64,000 nt of DNA from Alphaproteobacteria bacterium (GCA_965220825.1 OZ244839.1:2301377-2365376), one strand, 5' to 3'. Positions 39,330 to 49,402 are shown, counted from the first letter of the stretch. A program made the numbers and translations. Notes: generated by a model from the sequence alone, not told the origin.

Positions 39330-40217
39330 ATGCGTGCCCGGCGGCGGCTGTCAATCTCTCGCGGCGCTCTGCGGGCCGTGTTTCTGTGCGCGTGCCTCTG
39401 GAGTGCACCGGCGACGCCTGCGGCTGCCGGATGGTTCAACTTCCTCTCCGCGCCAAGCGCCGAACTCTGGGAGCGCTGGACGGCGAACGATCCGGCGGAC
39501 CAGCGCACCATCGACCACGGAGCCTGGGACCGCTTCCTCGACGCCTACCTCTCCCTGGGCGAAGACGGCATCGCCCGAATCGCCTACGGCCGAGTCGCAC
39601 CGGCCGACCGGGCGGCGCTCGATTCGTACCTTGCCGCGCTCGGGCGCACCGCCATCGACGGCTACGCGCCCGCCGAGCAGAAAGCCTTCTGGATCAACCT
39701 CTACAACGCGCTCACCGTCCGCCTGGTCCTGGATCACTACCCGGTGGCGAGCATCCGGGACATCGACCTCTCCTCCGGTCTGTTCGAGAGCGGCCCCTGG
39801 GGCGAGCCGCTGATCTCGGTGGAGGGCGAGGCGCTCTCCCTCGACGATATCGAGCACCGCATATTGCGGCCCATCTGGCGGGATGCGCGCATACATTACG
39901 CGGTCAACTGCGCATCCATCGGCTGCCCCAACCTGCGCGGGAAGGCGTATCGGCGCGCTGGCCTCGACATGGCGCTGGATGCGGCGGCGCGCATTTACGT
40001 CAACCACCCGCGGGGCGTCCGCGTCGACGGCGATCGACTCACGATCTCCAGCCTCTATCGCTGGTTCGAGGAGGATTTCGGCGACGGCGATGCGGGCGTG
40101 CTCGACCATTTGCGCCACTACGCCGAGCCCGCGCTCCGCGCGCAGCTCGCGCGCGCCGAGACGATCGACGACGACGAGTATGACTGGCGGTTGAACGACG
40201 CGGCGCCCGAACGCTGA
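39330..40217 (+). CDS. DUF547 domain-containing protein (secreted)
   Basis: Signal-like N-terminus. Conserved DUF547 core FWINLYNALTVRLVLDHYPVASIRDI and CASIGCPNL. Confidence 0.55.
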   Translation: MRARRRLSISRGALRAVFLCACLWSAPATPAAAGWFNFLSAPSAELWERWTANDPADQRTIDHGAWDRFLDAYLSLGEDGIARIAYGRVAPADRAALDSYLAALGRTAIDGYAPAEQKAFWINLYNALTVRLVLDHYPVASIRDIDLSSGLFESGPWGEPLISVEGEALSLDDIEHRILRPIWRDARIHYAVNCASIGCPNLRGKAYRRAGLDMALDAAARIYVNHPRGVRVDGDRLTISSLYRWFEEDFGDGDAGVLDHLRHYAEPALRAQLARAETIDDDEYDWRLNDAAPER

Positions 40218-40230
40218 CGGGCGAAAACGC

Positions 40231-41610
40231 CTACAGCCACTCGATGTAGCGCAGGCGCTCGGAGTCCGGCACGGTGCGCCGGAAGGTATCGTATTCGAAG
40301 CGCTTGCACGCAAGATAGTTGCGGCAGAAGGCCTCGCCGAACCACTCCCGCGCCAAGGCGGAACCCTCGAAGGCATCCAGAGCCGCGCCCCAGTCGTCCG
40401 GCAGCCGGGGCAGCGATTCCTGCACATCGAGGTCGCCTTCGAGCGCCGGGCCGGGATCCGTCTTGTTGCGGATGCCGTCGAGGCCTGCCGCCAGATAGGC
40501 CGCAAAGGCGAGGTAGATGTTCACGTCCCCGCCGCAGACCCTGAGCTCGGGCCGAGTGCCGGAAGGGGTCTCGTTGAGAAGGCGGATCGACGCCGTCCGG
40601 TTGTCGACGCCCCAGGCGAGGGTGATGGGTGCGAAGACGCCGGGCACCAGCCTGCGGTAGGAGTTGGAGTTGGGGAAGAAGATCGCCGTGAGCTCGGTCA
40701 TGCGGGCGAGCACGCCCCCCATGAAGTGGCGGCAGGTGTCGTTGACATGGTGGGGCTCGTCGGGCGCCGCGAAGGCGTTCTTGCCCGCACCGTCCACCAG
40801 CGAGAGGTGGATATGGCAAGAGTTGCCGGTCTTGCCGTCGAAGGGCTTGGCCATGAAGGTGACGCGATTGCCCATCTGCATCGCGGCTTCCTTCATGGTG
40901 GCGCGGAACAGATGGCCGTCGTCCGCCATGGCGCGGATCGGCCGGTAGCGGATGCTCACCTCGTACTGGCCCGGCCCCCATTCATAGTGGCTGCATTCCA
41001 GCGCGCCATGCGCCGCCACCGCATCCAGCAGGGAATATTCCTCCGCGAGGAACTGGGTGCGCTTCTGCATGGAATAGCACTGGAGGCCGCTGTCCACGAG
41101 CCGGTGCTCGCCGTCCAGCAGATAGAACTCGAATTCGGGCGCGCATACGGCGTCGTAGCCCATCTCGTCCATGCGGGCGGCGACGCGGTGCAGGACGTTG
41201 CGGGAATCCGCCTCTACCGGACTGCCGTCGGGCCAGTGGAGCCGGCCCATGGCGAGGGCCGTACCCGGTTCGTGGCGCAGCAGGCGGAGGCTGGAAAGGT
41301 CGGGTTTCGCGATGAAGTCGCCATAGCCGATTGCCTCCGCGAAGTCGGTGCCGGGCACCACATTGGCGTCGATATCGAACGCCATGGCCGATGCGCAGAA
41401 GGCGATGCCGTGTTCGAGCGCATGGCCGAAATGGGTGAGGTTCATCGCCTTGCCGCGGGCAATGCCGCCATAGTCGCAATACTCCACCCGGACACGGGCC
41501 ACGTCGTTGGCGCGGAGCCACTCAAACACGTCGTTCTCGCCGCCCTCGAAACGCACCGGGCCGCCTTCCACCTGACTCATTCCCTTGCTCTCCCCGTTCT
41601 TCATCGGCAT
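40231..41610 (-). CDS. Glutamine synthetase family protein (GlnA/PuuA-like gamma-glutamyl ligase)
   Basis: 459 aa. GS catalytic-domain motifs (KPFDGKTGNSCHIHLSL, NSYRRL). Confidence 0.8.
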   Translation of the reverse strand: MPMKNGESKGMSQVEGGPVRFEGGENDVFEWLRANDVARVRVEYCDYGGIARGKAMNLTHFGHALEHGIAFCASAMAFDIDANVVPGTDFAEAIGYGDFIAKPDLSSLRLLRHEPGTALAMGRLHWPDGSPVEADSRNVLHRVAARMDEMGYDAVCAPEFEFYLLDGEHRLVDSGLQCYSMQKRTQFLAEEYSLLDAVAAHGALECSHYEWGPGQYEVSIRYRPIRAMADDGHLFRATMKEAAMQMGNRVTFMAKPFDGKTGNSCHIHLSLVDGAGKNAFAAPDEPHHVNDTCRHFMGGVLARMTELTAIFFPNSNSYRRLVPGVFAPITLAWGVDNRTASIRLLNETPSGTRPELRVCGGDVNIYLAFAAYLAAGLDGIRNKTDPGPALEGDLDVQESLPRLPDDWGAALDAFEGSALAREWFGEAFCRNYLACKRFEYDTFRRTVPDSERLRYIEWL

Positions 41611-41665
41611 CGCCCGCGGGCGCGGCGGCCATTATGCCGCAATCGCCGTACCATCACCCGCGGCC

Positions 41666-43474
41666 TCACCGCGCCGCCCGGCGGCGGGCATGCACGTCGA
41701 GTAGGCGCTTGCGGAGGCGAATGGAGACGGGTGTGACCTCGACGAGCTCGTCGTCGGCGACATAGGCGAGGGCCTCTTCCAGAGACAGGACCCGCGGCGG
41801 GGTAAGGCGGACCGTATCGTCCTTGCCGGCGGCCCTCACATTGCTCAACTGCCGGGCTTTGGTCGGATTCACGTCGAGGTCCTGGGGACGGGCGTGCTCT
41901 CCCACGATCATCCCGCCATAGACCGGCTCGCCCGGTCCGACGAAGAGCATGCCGCGCTGCTCGAGCCCCCGCAGGGCGTATGCGGCGGCTGCGCCCGCCG
42001 CACTGGAGACGAGCACGCCATTGCGCCGGGCTTCCAAGGGGCCCTTCCACGGCGCATGTTCCCGATAGGCCCGGTGCATTACGGCAGTACCCCGGCTGAT
42101 GGAGAGAAGTTCGCCGCCAAAGCCGATCAGACCCCGGGACGGGCCGTGAAAGAGCGCACGCACCCTTCCGCGCCCCGAGGGCTCGACGCCCACAAGCTCG
42201 GCTCGGCACGCAGCCAGCGCCGAGACCACGTCGCCGACGAACGGCTCGTCCAGGTCGATCTGGATCTCCTCCATGGGCTCGAGTGCGGGGCCGCCCGACG
42301 GGTCCTCGCGCATCAGCACCTCTGGGCGGGAGACGGAGAGCTCGAACCCCTCGCGGCGCATGGTTTCGATCAGGACGGCGAGCTGCAGCTCGCCGCGGCC
42401 CGCCACCTCGAAGGCGCCTTCGCGCCCCGTTTCGCGGACCGCGATGGCCACATTGCTCTCCGCCTCCTGCGCAAGCCGCGCGGCAATGACGCGGGAGGTG
42501 AGCTTCCCGCCCTCGCGCCCGGCAAAGGGAGAATCGTTGACCGAAAACACCATGGCGATGGTGGGCGGGTCCACGGGCGCCGCGGGGACGGGTGCCGCGT
42601 CCTCCGAGGCCGCGATCGTATCGGAGACGGAAGCGGCGGCGAGGCCGGCAAGGGTCACGATCTCGCCCGCCTCGGCGCGCTCCGCCGCCACGCGCTCCAA
42701 CCCGCGGGCCTTCAGCAGCTTCGTGAGGCGCGCACTCTCCACCAACCGCCCGTCGGTACCGAGGGCCGCAACGATCTGGTTGTGCGCCACATGTCCCGAG
42801 AGCACCCGTCCCGTCGCCAGCCGGCCGAGATGGGGATCCGGCTCGATCAGCGCGACCGACATGCGGAAGGGCGCGCGGGGCGCCACGACGGGCGCGGGCA
42901 CACGCTCGACGATCGCATCGAAGAGCGGCGTCATGTCGGCGCCCGCGGCGTCCGGCGTTCGCGATGCCCAGCCTTCGCGCGCGGAGCTGTAGACCACGGG
43001 GAAGTCGAGCTGGGCCTCGTCGGCGCCAAGGGCGTCGAAGAGGTCGAACACCGCCTCGTGGACCGCATCGGGCCTTGCATCGGAACGGTCCATCTTGCTG
43101 ATCACGACCACAGGCTCGAGCCGGCGGCGCAGCGCCTTGTCCACCACGAACTTGGTCTGGGGCATGGGGCCTTCGGCGGCGTCTACCAGAAGGAGAACCC
43201 CGTCCACCATGGCGAGCGCGCGCTCCACCTCGCCGCCGAAATCGGTGTGTCCGGGCGTGTCCACGATGTTTATGCGCACGCCCCGCCATTCCACCGACGT
43301 GCATTTCGCAAGGATGGTGATGCCGCGCTCGCGCTCGAGGTCGGCGCTGTCGAGCGCGCGTTCCCGGAGCCTGCGGTTCGCCCGCACGGCGCCGCTCTGG
43401 CGCAGCATGGCGTCCACGAGCGTCGTCTTGCCATGGTCGACATGGGCGATGATGGCGATGTTGCGGAGGTCCAT
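41666..43474 (-). CDS. typA: Translational GTPase TypA/BipA
   Basis: MDLRNIAIIAHVDHGKTTLVD G1 motif, DTPGH, NKMD-like SKMD. 602 aa. Start trimmed from the 733-aa track ORF. Confidence 0.9.
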   Translation of the reverse strand: MDLRNIAIIAHVDHGKTTLVDAMLRQSGAVRANRRLRERALDSADLERERGITILAKCTSVEWRGVRINIVDTPGHTDFGGEVERALAMVDGVLLLVDAAEGPMPQTKFVVDKALRRRLEPVVVISKMDRSDARPDAVHEAVFDLFDALGADEAQLDFPVVYSSAREGWASRTPDAAGADMTPLFDAIVERVPAPVVAPRAPFRMSVALIEPDPHLGRLATGRVLSGHVAHNQIVAALGTDGRLVESARLTKLLKARGLERVAAERAEAGEIVTLAGLAAASVSDTIAASEDAAPVPAAPVDPPTIAMVFSVNDSPFAGREGGKLTSRVIAARLAQEAESNVAIAVRETGREGAFEVAGRGELQLAVLIETMRREGFELSVSRPEVLMREDPSGGPALEPMEEIQIDLDEPFVGDVVSALAACRAELVGVEPSGRGRVRALFHGPSRGLIGFGGELLSISRGTAVMHRAYREHAPWKGPLEARRNGVLVSSAAGAAAAYALRGLEQRGMLFVGPGEPVYGGMIVGEHARPQDLDVNPTKARQLSNVRAAGKDDTVRLTPPRVLSLEEALAYVADDELVEVTPVSIRLRKRLLDVHARRRAAR

Positions 43475-43529
43475 GGGAGGGGGAGTGGTGCCGTCCACGC
43501 CTTGGTGCGGCCCGGTCCGGCGCAGCGGC

Positions 43530-44426
43530 TCAGTCGAACACGGGCGTTGCGTGGGCGCCGGACTCGCGGAGCTCCCAGTAGAGCCGGTCGAGCCGGCGCG
43601 TGACGGGGCCGGGGCAGGGTTCGGGAAGCCGACGGCCGGCGATCTCGCGCACCGCCAGCGCGCCGCCGGCCGTGCTGCAGGTAAAGACCTCGTCGGCCGT
43701 GTAGAGGTCGAAGGGGGTGAGGTCGCTCTCCTCGAGGGGGAGCGCGGCGTCCGCGGCGAGCTCGATAAAGGTCTCGCGCGTGATCCCGCGCAGTATGTTG
43801 CGCCCCGGCGTGCGCACGACGCCCTCTTTGACCGCGAAGAGGTTGGAAGCGGGCCCTTCGCAGACATGGCCGGCCTGGTCGAGCCAGATCACGTCGTCAT
43901 AGCCGGCTTCCAGCGCCTCGATGCGCGCCATCTGGGAATGCAGCCGGTCGAGGCATTTGTAGCGGGGGTCGAGCGTATCGGGAGAGAAGGCGCGCAGATG
44001 GGTGATGTGGAGCCGGATGCCCTGCCGCCGGGCCGCGTCGTCGGCGAGAAAGACGTAAGGCGCGGCCCAGACCACGCGCGTCGGCTCGAAGTCTCGCGGG
44101 TCGGCGAGAACGGCATTGGGCGCGCCGCGGGTCGCAATGAAGCGGATGCTGGCGTCCCGCAGGCCGTTCCGCCGGCAGGTCTCGACGATGGCGGCGGGCC
44201 AGTCCTCGCTTTCGATGGCGCTCTCGAGGCGCGCGGCGCGCAGCGATTCGAAGAAGCGCGCCACATGCCCCTCCAGCTTGAAGATCGAGCCGCGCCAAGC
44301 CGAGACCACGTCGAACACGCCGTCTCCGAGCAGAAAGCCCTGATCCAGAATGGAGATCCGGGCCTCGTTCAGGGGCACGTACTCGCCGTTGAGATAGACG
44401 ATGGGCTCGTTGGACGTCCCCGTCAT
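43530..44426 (-). CDS. Aminotransferase class IV (branched-chain/D-amino-acid aminotransferase family)
   Basis: 299 aa from MTGTSNEPIVYLNGEYVPLNEARIS. Fold-type IV PLP motifs (RFIATRG, EVFTCSTAGG). GGAGA RBS. Confidence 0.8.
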   Translation of the reverse strand: MTGTSNEPIVYLNGEYVPLNEARISILDQGFLLGDGVFDVVSAWRGSIFKLEGHVARFFESLRAARLESAIESEDWPAAIVETCRRNGLRDASIRFIATRGAPNAVLADPRDFEPTRVVWAAPYVFLADDAARRQGIRLHITHLRAFSPDTLDPRYKCLDRLHSQMARIEALEAGYDDVIWLDQAGHVCEGPASNLFAVKEGVVRTPGRNILRGITRETFIELAADAALPLEESDLTPFDLYTADEVFTCSTAGGALAVREIAGRRLPEPCPGPVTRRLDRLYWELRESGAHATPVFD

Positions 44427-44987
44427 CGCGCGCGTCTCCCTTGGTGGGCTGCCGTCCGGCCCGGCGAGACTACACGAAGTACCGCCTGTTCGCCCGGCGA
44501 CCGGCTCCTCGTGTCGGGAACATTCTGAATTGACCCTTCTGTTGATGTTGCTGGGCCTGTGTGCCCCGTGGAGACGGCTCACACATCCCGCGGGTTGGCG
44601 TGTCCATGGGCTCGCCGCCGGCGCGGTAGCATTCCAGGCAGTGGGGTCCGCGGAAGAACGCCAATGCGCCATCCGGATGTTCGCCCACCGCGACACCGTG
44701 ACCTTCGCCTTGACATGGTGGCGGCGGTGGCGGTCGGGCGGGATTTCACAAACTCACCGTACCGGCGAGCGCGGCCGCGGCGAAGCCCGCACCAACACCC
44801 GTCTAGGACTACTTCAAAATCTTCAAGCGGAGTATGAAGGGCGTCTAACGGCTCTGCTCCAAGCGCCACCTGCATCGCCGCGCTGCGGAGTTCGGGTTTC
44901 GCCACAACGACCGTGAGGGCAACGGACAGGATGGCGCGTTCCGGGCGGGCTTACCGTTGCAAGCAGCCTTGAGAAGGCGTCTAATGT

Positions 44988-45731
44988 ATGATGAACCTCG
45001 TGCATGAGAGTGGAGGGGCGTTGCCTGCGTTGAACCATGCGGAGTTTTGGCGCGAGCGGATCACTATCCCTGTCTACCACGTAGGTGAGGCAGCGCGCTA
45101 TGCAGACATCTCCGCTCAGAGCATAGCCTACTGGCAGAGGATTCGTCGAGGCGGAGCATCGGTACTCGGCCCTCGTGCACGGCGTGCTGCTCTCTCCTAT
45201 CTGCAGCTGATCGAGGTCGGCGTCGTCGCGGCCATGCGTCGGTCTGGCGTCAAGCTGCGCACGATCGAGGCCGCACGCCGCTATCTATCGGAGACCTTCG
45301 GCACTGAGTATCCGTTCGCCGCGTACCGGTTCAAGACCGACGGCAAGGAGATACTCATGGGCATGGAGCAGTTCGAGGGATCGCAAGAGGCGGACAAACT
45401 TCTCAACCCTGGCACGGGTGGCCAGCTTGGGTGGAATCTGATACTCAGCCGCCTCCTGAACGAGTTCGATTATAGCCATGCTGAAGATATCGTGCGCCTT
45501 TGGAGGGTCGCGGGGGAAAATCAACCCATCCGCATTGATCCAGCCGTCGCATTCGGAGCACCTCATGTTGGCGGAATAGCCACTTGGGCGCTGAAGCAAC
45601 GCTGGGATAGTGGCGAGAGCATTCTGGAAATTGCCGACGACTACAGCCTCGAGCGTTGTGATGTTGTCGCTGCACTGAAATTCGAGGCGGTTGACGTGGA
45701 CATCGACCGTCCGCCTTTGTGGCAGAACTGA
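44988..45731 (+). CDS. DUF433-like domain protein with an N-terminal extension; putative antitoxin-like partner
   Basis: C-terminal PAVAFGAPHVGGIATWALKQRWDSGESILEIADDYSLERCDVVAALKFEA matches the DUF433 consensus. Lower GC than flanking genes. Confidence 0.5.
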   Translation: MMNLVHESGGALPALNHAEFWRERITIPVYHVGEAARYADISAQSIAYWQRIRRGGASVLGPRARRAALSYLQLIEVGVVAAMRRSGVKLRTIEAARRYLSETFGTEYPFAAYRFKTDGKEILMGMEQFEGSQEADKLLNPGTGGQLGWNLILSRLLNEFDYSHAEDIVRLWRVAGENQPIRIDPAVAFGAPHVGGIATWALKQRWDSGESILEIADDYSLERCDVVAALKFEAVDVDIDRPPLWQN

Positions 45732-46111
45732 CTTTCTTCTTTGACCGCAATATAGGAGTGCGAGTGCCCAAGGCGCTTCGCTCGCTGCGCCCACCAATCT
45801 ACATCAAGTACCATCAGGAATTGGGCCTCGCTCTTGATGCGCAGGACGACGAGTGGCTGGCGCAGGTCGGCGCAAAGGGGTGGGTGGTTATCAGCCAGGA
45901 TCGAAAATTCCACCAGTTGCGATCAGAATTGGCGGCGGTACAGGCGCATTCCGTCCGATGCTTCTATCTTCATGGAGGCAGCGAACCTATGTGGTATACA
46001 TTTCGGGACTTCACTTGTGCGCTTTCCCGCATGATCAAAATAGCGGAACAGCAGCTGCCACCCTTCATCTACGAACTCAAGGGGAGGAGGTTATGTCGCG
46101 TGACATTCTAA
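45719..46111 (+). CDS. PIN-like small protein (DUF5615-like); putative toxin partner
   Basis: 130 aa. GTG start overlaps the upstream gene by 13 nt. N-terminal LTFFFDRNIGVRVPKAL resembles the DUF5615/Mut7-C PIN-like start motif. ~52% GC. Confidence 0.45.
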   Translation: MAELTFFFDRNIGVRVPKALRSLRPPIYIKYHQELGLALDAQDDEWLAQVGAKGWVVISQDRKFHQLRSELAAVQAHSVRCFYLHGGSEPMWYTFRDFTCALSRMIKIAEQQLPPFIYELKGRRLCRVTF

Positions 46112-46624
46112 CGCCGCCATCCGATTCCCCGCAGCGCGACCGCTTCCTCAAGTAGGCGCGACAGCTTGAGTGTGACCAAGATGAAGGGTAGTTCAACGAG
46201 ATGCTGCGGCGGGTGTCTTAAGGGTCCGGCAAAGGAAAAGCCGACTTTGGCGCCCGATTGAACGGGTTATTCCTGCTCATACCGGCGGTCGAACCGTTGA
46301 GGGCCTCGAAGCCCGCGCCCCAGGCTGCACCGGCAAGTCCCGCCTTTTCGCCGCCGTATCGAAACCGGGCCGCGTCGTTGCACAGGCTGGAGGCGGGGGA
46401 TACAGTCGCTTCGGCCTTTGCCGGCGCGGCTCCCGGGTCGCGTGGCCGTGCGGACGATGGATCGCCCGGTCCCGGCCGGCAAACGGCGGGAGGCGCGAGG
46501 GGCGCGCGGGGGTGCGCCGCGCAGACGTCTCATTCACCTGGAACACGGAAAGAAGCGCGCGCCCGCGGCGTGCGTGGAAGGCGGTATGGGGCGAGAGGCG
46601 GTCGGGCGCTACGCAAGGCGTGGC

Positions 46625-47380
46625 ATGTTGGGTGTAATGGCGCTGGCGGCGCTCGCCCTCTGCCTCGCGGCCCGGCCGGCGGGAGCGGAGCGGATTTTCG
46701 TGCTCGCCGCGGCCAGCACCGCCGAGGCCGTTGAGGAGGTCATCGCCCGTTTCGACGCGGGCCCCGGCAACCGGATCGTCGGCTCCTACGCCGGAACGGC
46801 GGCGCTCGCGCGGCAGATCGAGAGCGGCGCGCCGGCGGACCTCTTCCTTGCGGCGAACACCGCCTGGATGGAGAGGCTGGAGAGGCTCGGGCTCGTCGAG
46901 CGGGAAGGGGACCGCGCATTGCTCGGCAACCGCCTGGTCTTCGTCTCCGCCGAACCCGGCATTGCCCCCTTCGACATCTCTCCCGCTCTGGATCTCGCGG
47001 CCCTGCTGGACGGCGGGCGCCTCGCCATGGGCGATCCACACCATGTGCCGGCGGGAATCTACGCCGCCCAGGCGCTGGAGGCGCTCGGGCTGTGGGCGGC
47101 GGTTGCGGGCATGATCGCGCCGGCGGCGGATGTGCGTGCGGCGCTTGCGCTGGTCGCGCGCGGCGAAGCGCCGCTCGGCATCGTCTACGCGACCGATGTT
47201 GCACGCGCACCGGGCCTCAGAGCGGTCGCGGCGATACCGGAAGATCTGCACGCGCCGATCCGCTACCCCCTCGCCCGCGTGCGCGGACGGGAATCGCCGC
47301 TCGCCGCGCGCTTTCTGGCGTTCCTGCGCGGACCCGAGGGGCGGGACGCGTTCGCCCGCGCGGGCTTCCTCGTGGAGTAG
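46625..47380 (+). CDS. modA: Molybdate ABC transporter substrate-binding protein
   Basis: Signal MLGVMALAALALCLAARPAGA. ModA motifs (AAASTAEA, FLAANTAWM, PAGIYA). Alternative start at 46586. Confidence 0.8.
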   Translation: MLGVMALAALALCLAARPAGAERIFVLAAASTAEAVEEVIARFDAGPGNRIVGSYAGTAALARQIESGAPADLFLAANTAWMERLERLGLVEREGDRALLGNRLVFVSAEPGIAPFDISPALDLAALLDGGRLAMGDPHHVPAGIYAAQALEALGLWAAVAGMIAPAADVRAALALVARGEAPLGIVYATDVARAPGLRAVAAIPEDLHAPIRYPLARVRGRESPLAARFLAFLRGPEGRDAFARAGFLVE

Positions 47381-47384
47381 GACC

Positions 47385-48080
47385 GTGGGACTCACCGCAC
47401 TGGAGGCGGAGGCCGTTCTGCTCAGCCTGCGCGTGGCGGGCTGGGCGGTGCTGGCAAGCCTTCCCTTCGGCGTCGGCGTCGCCTGGCTGCTCGCGCGCCA
47501 CCGCTTCCCCGGCCATGCGCTGCTGAACAGCCTGGTGCATCTGCCGCTGATTCTGCCCCCGGTGGTGGTGGGCTTCGCGCTGCTGCTGCTGCTGGGCAAG
47601 CGCGGCCCCATCGGCGCGTGGCTCCACGACTGGTTCGGAGTAACCCTCGCCTTCACCTGGCAGGGCGCGGCCATCGCGTCGGCCGTCGTCTCCTTTCCGC
47701 TCATGGTACGGGCGATCCGGCTTTCCATCGAGGCGGCGGACCGGCGGCTGGAGGCGGCGGCGCGTACGCTGGGCGCGCCGCCCGCCTGGGTCTTTTTGAG
47801 CGTCAGCCTGCCGCTCATCGCTCCCGGCGTGCTGACCGGCGCGATCCTCGCCTTCGCCCGATGTCTCGGCGAGTTCGGCGCGACGATCACCTTCGTCTCG
47901 AACATTCCAGGCGAGACGCGGACGCTGCCGCTTGCGCTCTACACCCTTACCCAGGCGCCGGGCGGGCTCGACGGCGCGTTCCGCCTGATGGCGATCGCCA
48001 TCGCCGTGGCGCTGGCTGCGCTGCTCGGCTCGGAGCTTCTTGCCCGCGCGCTCCGGCGAAGGCTGGAAGGCCCATGCTGA
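47385..48080 (+). CDS. modB: Molybdate ABC transporter permease
   Basis: GTG start. EAAARTLGA loop. 5 TM segments. Confidence 0.85.
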   Translation: MGLTALEAEAVLLSLRVAGWAVLASLPFGVGVAWLLARHRFPGHALLNSLVHLPLILPPVVVGFALLLLLGKRGPIGAWLHDWFGVTLAFTWQGAAIASAVVSFPLMVRAIRLSIEAADRRLEAAARTLGAPPAWVFLSVSLPLIAPGVLTGAILAFARCLGEFGATITFVSNIPGETRTLPLALYTLTQAPGGLDGAFRLMAIAIAVALAALLGSELLARALRRRLEGPC

Positions 48081-49174
48081 GCGTGGATGTGCGCATCGCG
48101 CGCAGCACATTCACGCTGGATGCCGCCTTCGAGGCGCCTGCGGGCGGCATCGTCGCGCTGTTCGGCGCGTCCGGCGCGGGGAAGACCACGCTGGTGGACG
48201 CCATCGCGGGGCTTGCGCGGCCCGACGACGGGCGGATCACGCTGCGCGGGCGCGTGCTCTTCGATTCGCAGGCCGGGATCGACCTGCGGCCCGAGCGCCG
48301 GCGGCTCGGCTATGTGTTTCAGGACGCGCGGCTCTTCCCCCATATGAGCGTGCGGCGGAACCTGCTTTACGGGCTCCGCTTCGCCCCCAGGCGCCGCCGC
48401 TATGCGACGCTCGAGGGGATCGTCTCGCTCCTCGGCCTCGAGGCCCTGCTCGCGCGCCGCCCGGCCACGCTTTCAGGCGGAGAGCGCCAGCGCGTGGCGC
48501 TCGGGCGCGCACTCATGGCGCAGCCCGAGCTCCTGCTCATGGACGAGCCTCTCGCCGCTCTCGATGCGCCCCGGAAAGCGGAAATCCTCGACTATATCGA
48601 GCGGCTGCGGGACGAGGTCGGCGTCCCCATCGTCTATGTGAGCCATGCGCTCGACGAGGTGACGCGCCTCGCCGGCACCCTGGTGGTGCTGGAGGGCGGG
48701 CGCATCGTGGCGGCGGGGCCCGTCGGCGAGATCGCGGTGCGGCTCGATCTCGATCCGCTGTCCGGAATCGAGGATGCGGGCGCCGTGCTCGAAGCGCGGG
48801 TGGTCCATCACGACGAAGGCTACGGTCTGACGGCACTCGAAACGCGGGGAGGGCCGCTCCACGTGCCCCGTATCGGACTCGCGCCGGGGCGAAGCGTGCG
48901 CGTCCGCATCCGGGCGCGAGACGTGGCACTCGCGACCGCCGAGCCGGGGGAGACCAGCGTGCTCAACGTCTTTCGTGGCCGGGTCGCGGAGATCGGGCCG
49001 CGCCGCGGGGCGTCGGTGGACGTTGCGGTGGATGCAGGCGTGCGGATCGTGGCCCGCATCACCGCCCGCTCGGCCGACGCACTCGCGCTCGCTCCCGGCA
49101 CGCCCGTACATGCCCTCGTGAAGAGCGTCGCGGTCGACACCGGCCACCGGCCGCCCGGCGACCCGCCCCCGTAA
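48074..49174 (+). CDS. modC: Molybdate ABC transporter ATP-binding protein with C-terminal Mop/TOBE domain
   Basis: GASGAGKTT, LSGGERQRVALGRAL, LLMDEPLAALD. Start overlaps the modB stop. Confidence 0.9.
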   Translation: MLSVDVRIARSTFTLDAAFEAPAGGIVALFGASGAGKTTLVDAIAGLARPDDGRITLRGRVLFDSQAGIDLRPERRRLGYVFQDARLFPHMSVRRNLLYGLRFAPRRRRYATLEGIVSLLGLEALLARRPATLSGGERQRVALGRALMAQPELLLMDEPLAALDAPRKAEILDYIERLRDEVGVPIVYVSHALDEVTRLAGTLVVLEGGRIVAAGPVGEIAVRLDLDPLSGIEDAGAVLEARVVHHDEGYGLTALETRGGPLHVPRIGLAPGRSVRVRIRARDVALATAEPGETSVLNVFRGRVAEIGPRRGASVDVAVDAGVRIVARITARSADALALAPGTPVHALVKSVAVDTGHRPPGDPPP

Positions 49175-49402
49175 CCGCGCGCGTCCACGGGCCCCACCGC
49201 CGCCGACGGCCCGTTGCGAGTCCCGAGACCCACGCACCGAGGCGGCGCCTTCCGAAGGCTGCGACCGTAACCCTCCTTGGCTTGGAGCCCCTCCAAATCC
49301 GGACAGATCACCTGTTACCGACACCCGTTGCTCGCGGACTTGCGCGGCGGGCGGGAACCTGAAACCATCCTGGGCGACAAGAACGGAATCGAGGGGGCGA
49401 CC

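Noticed and set aside
46112-46585. Molybdenum-cofactor riboswitch or ModE box upstream of modA
   Set aside because: No AT-rich CGnTATATA-type ModE operator and no recognisable Moco riboswitch core could be seen by eye. The region is reported only as the downstream flank of the low-GC islet.
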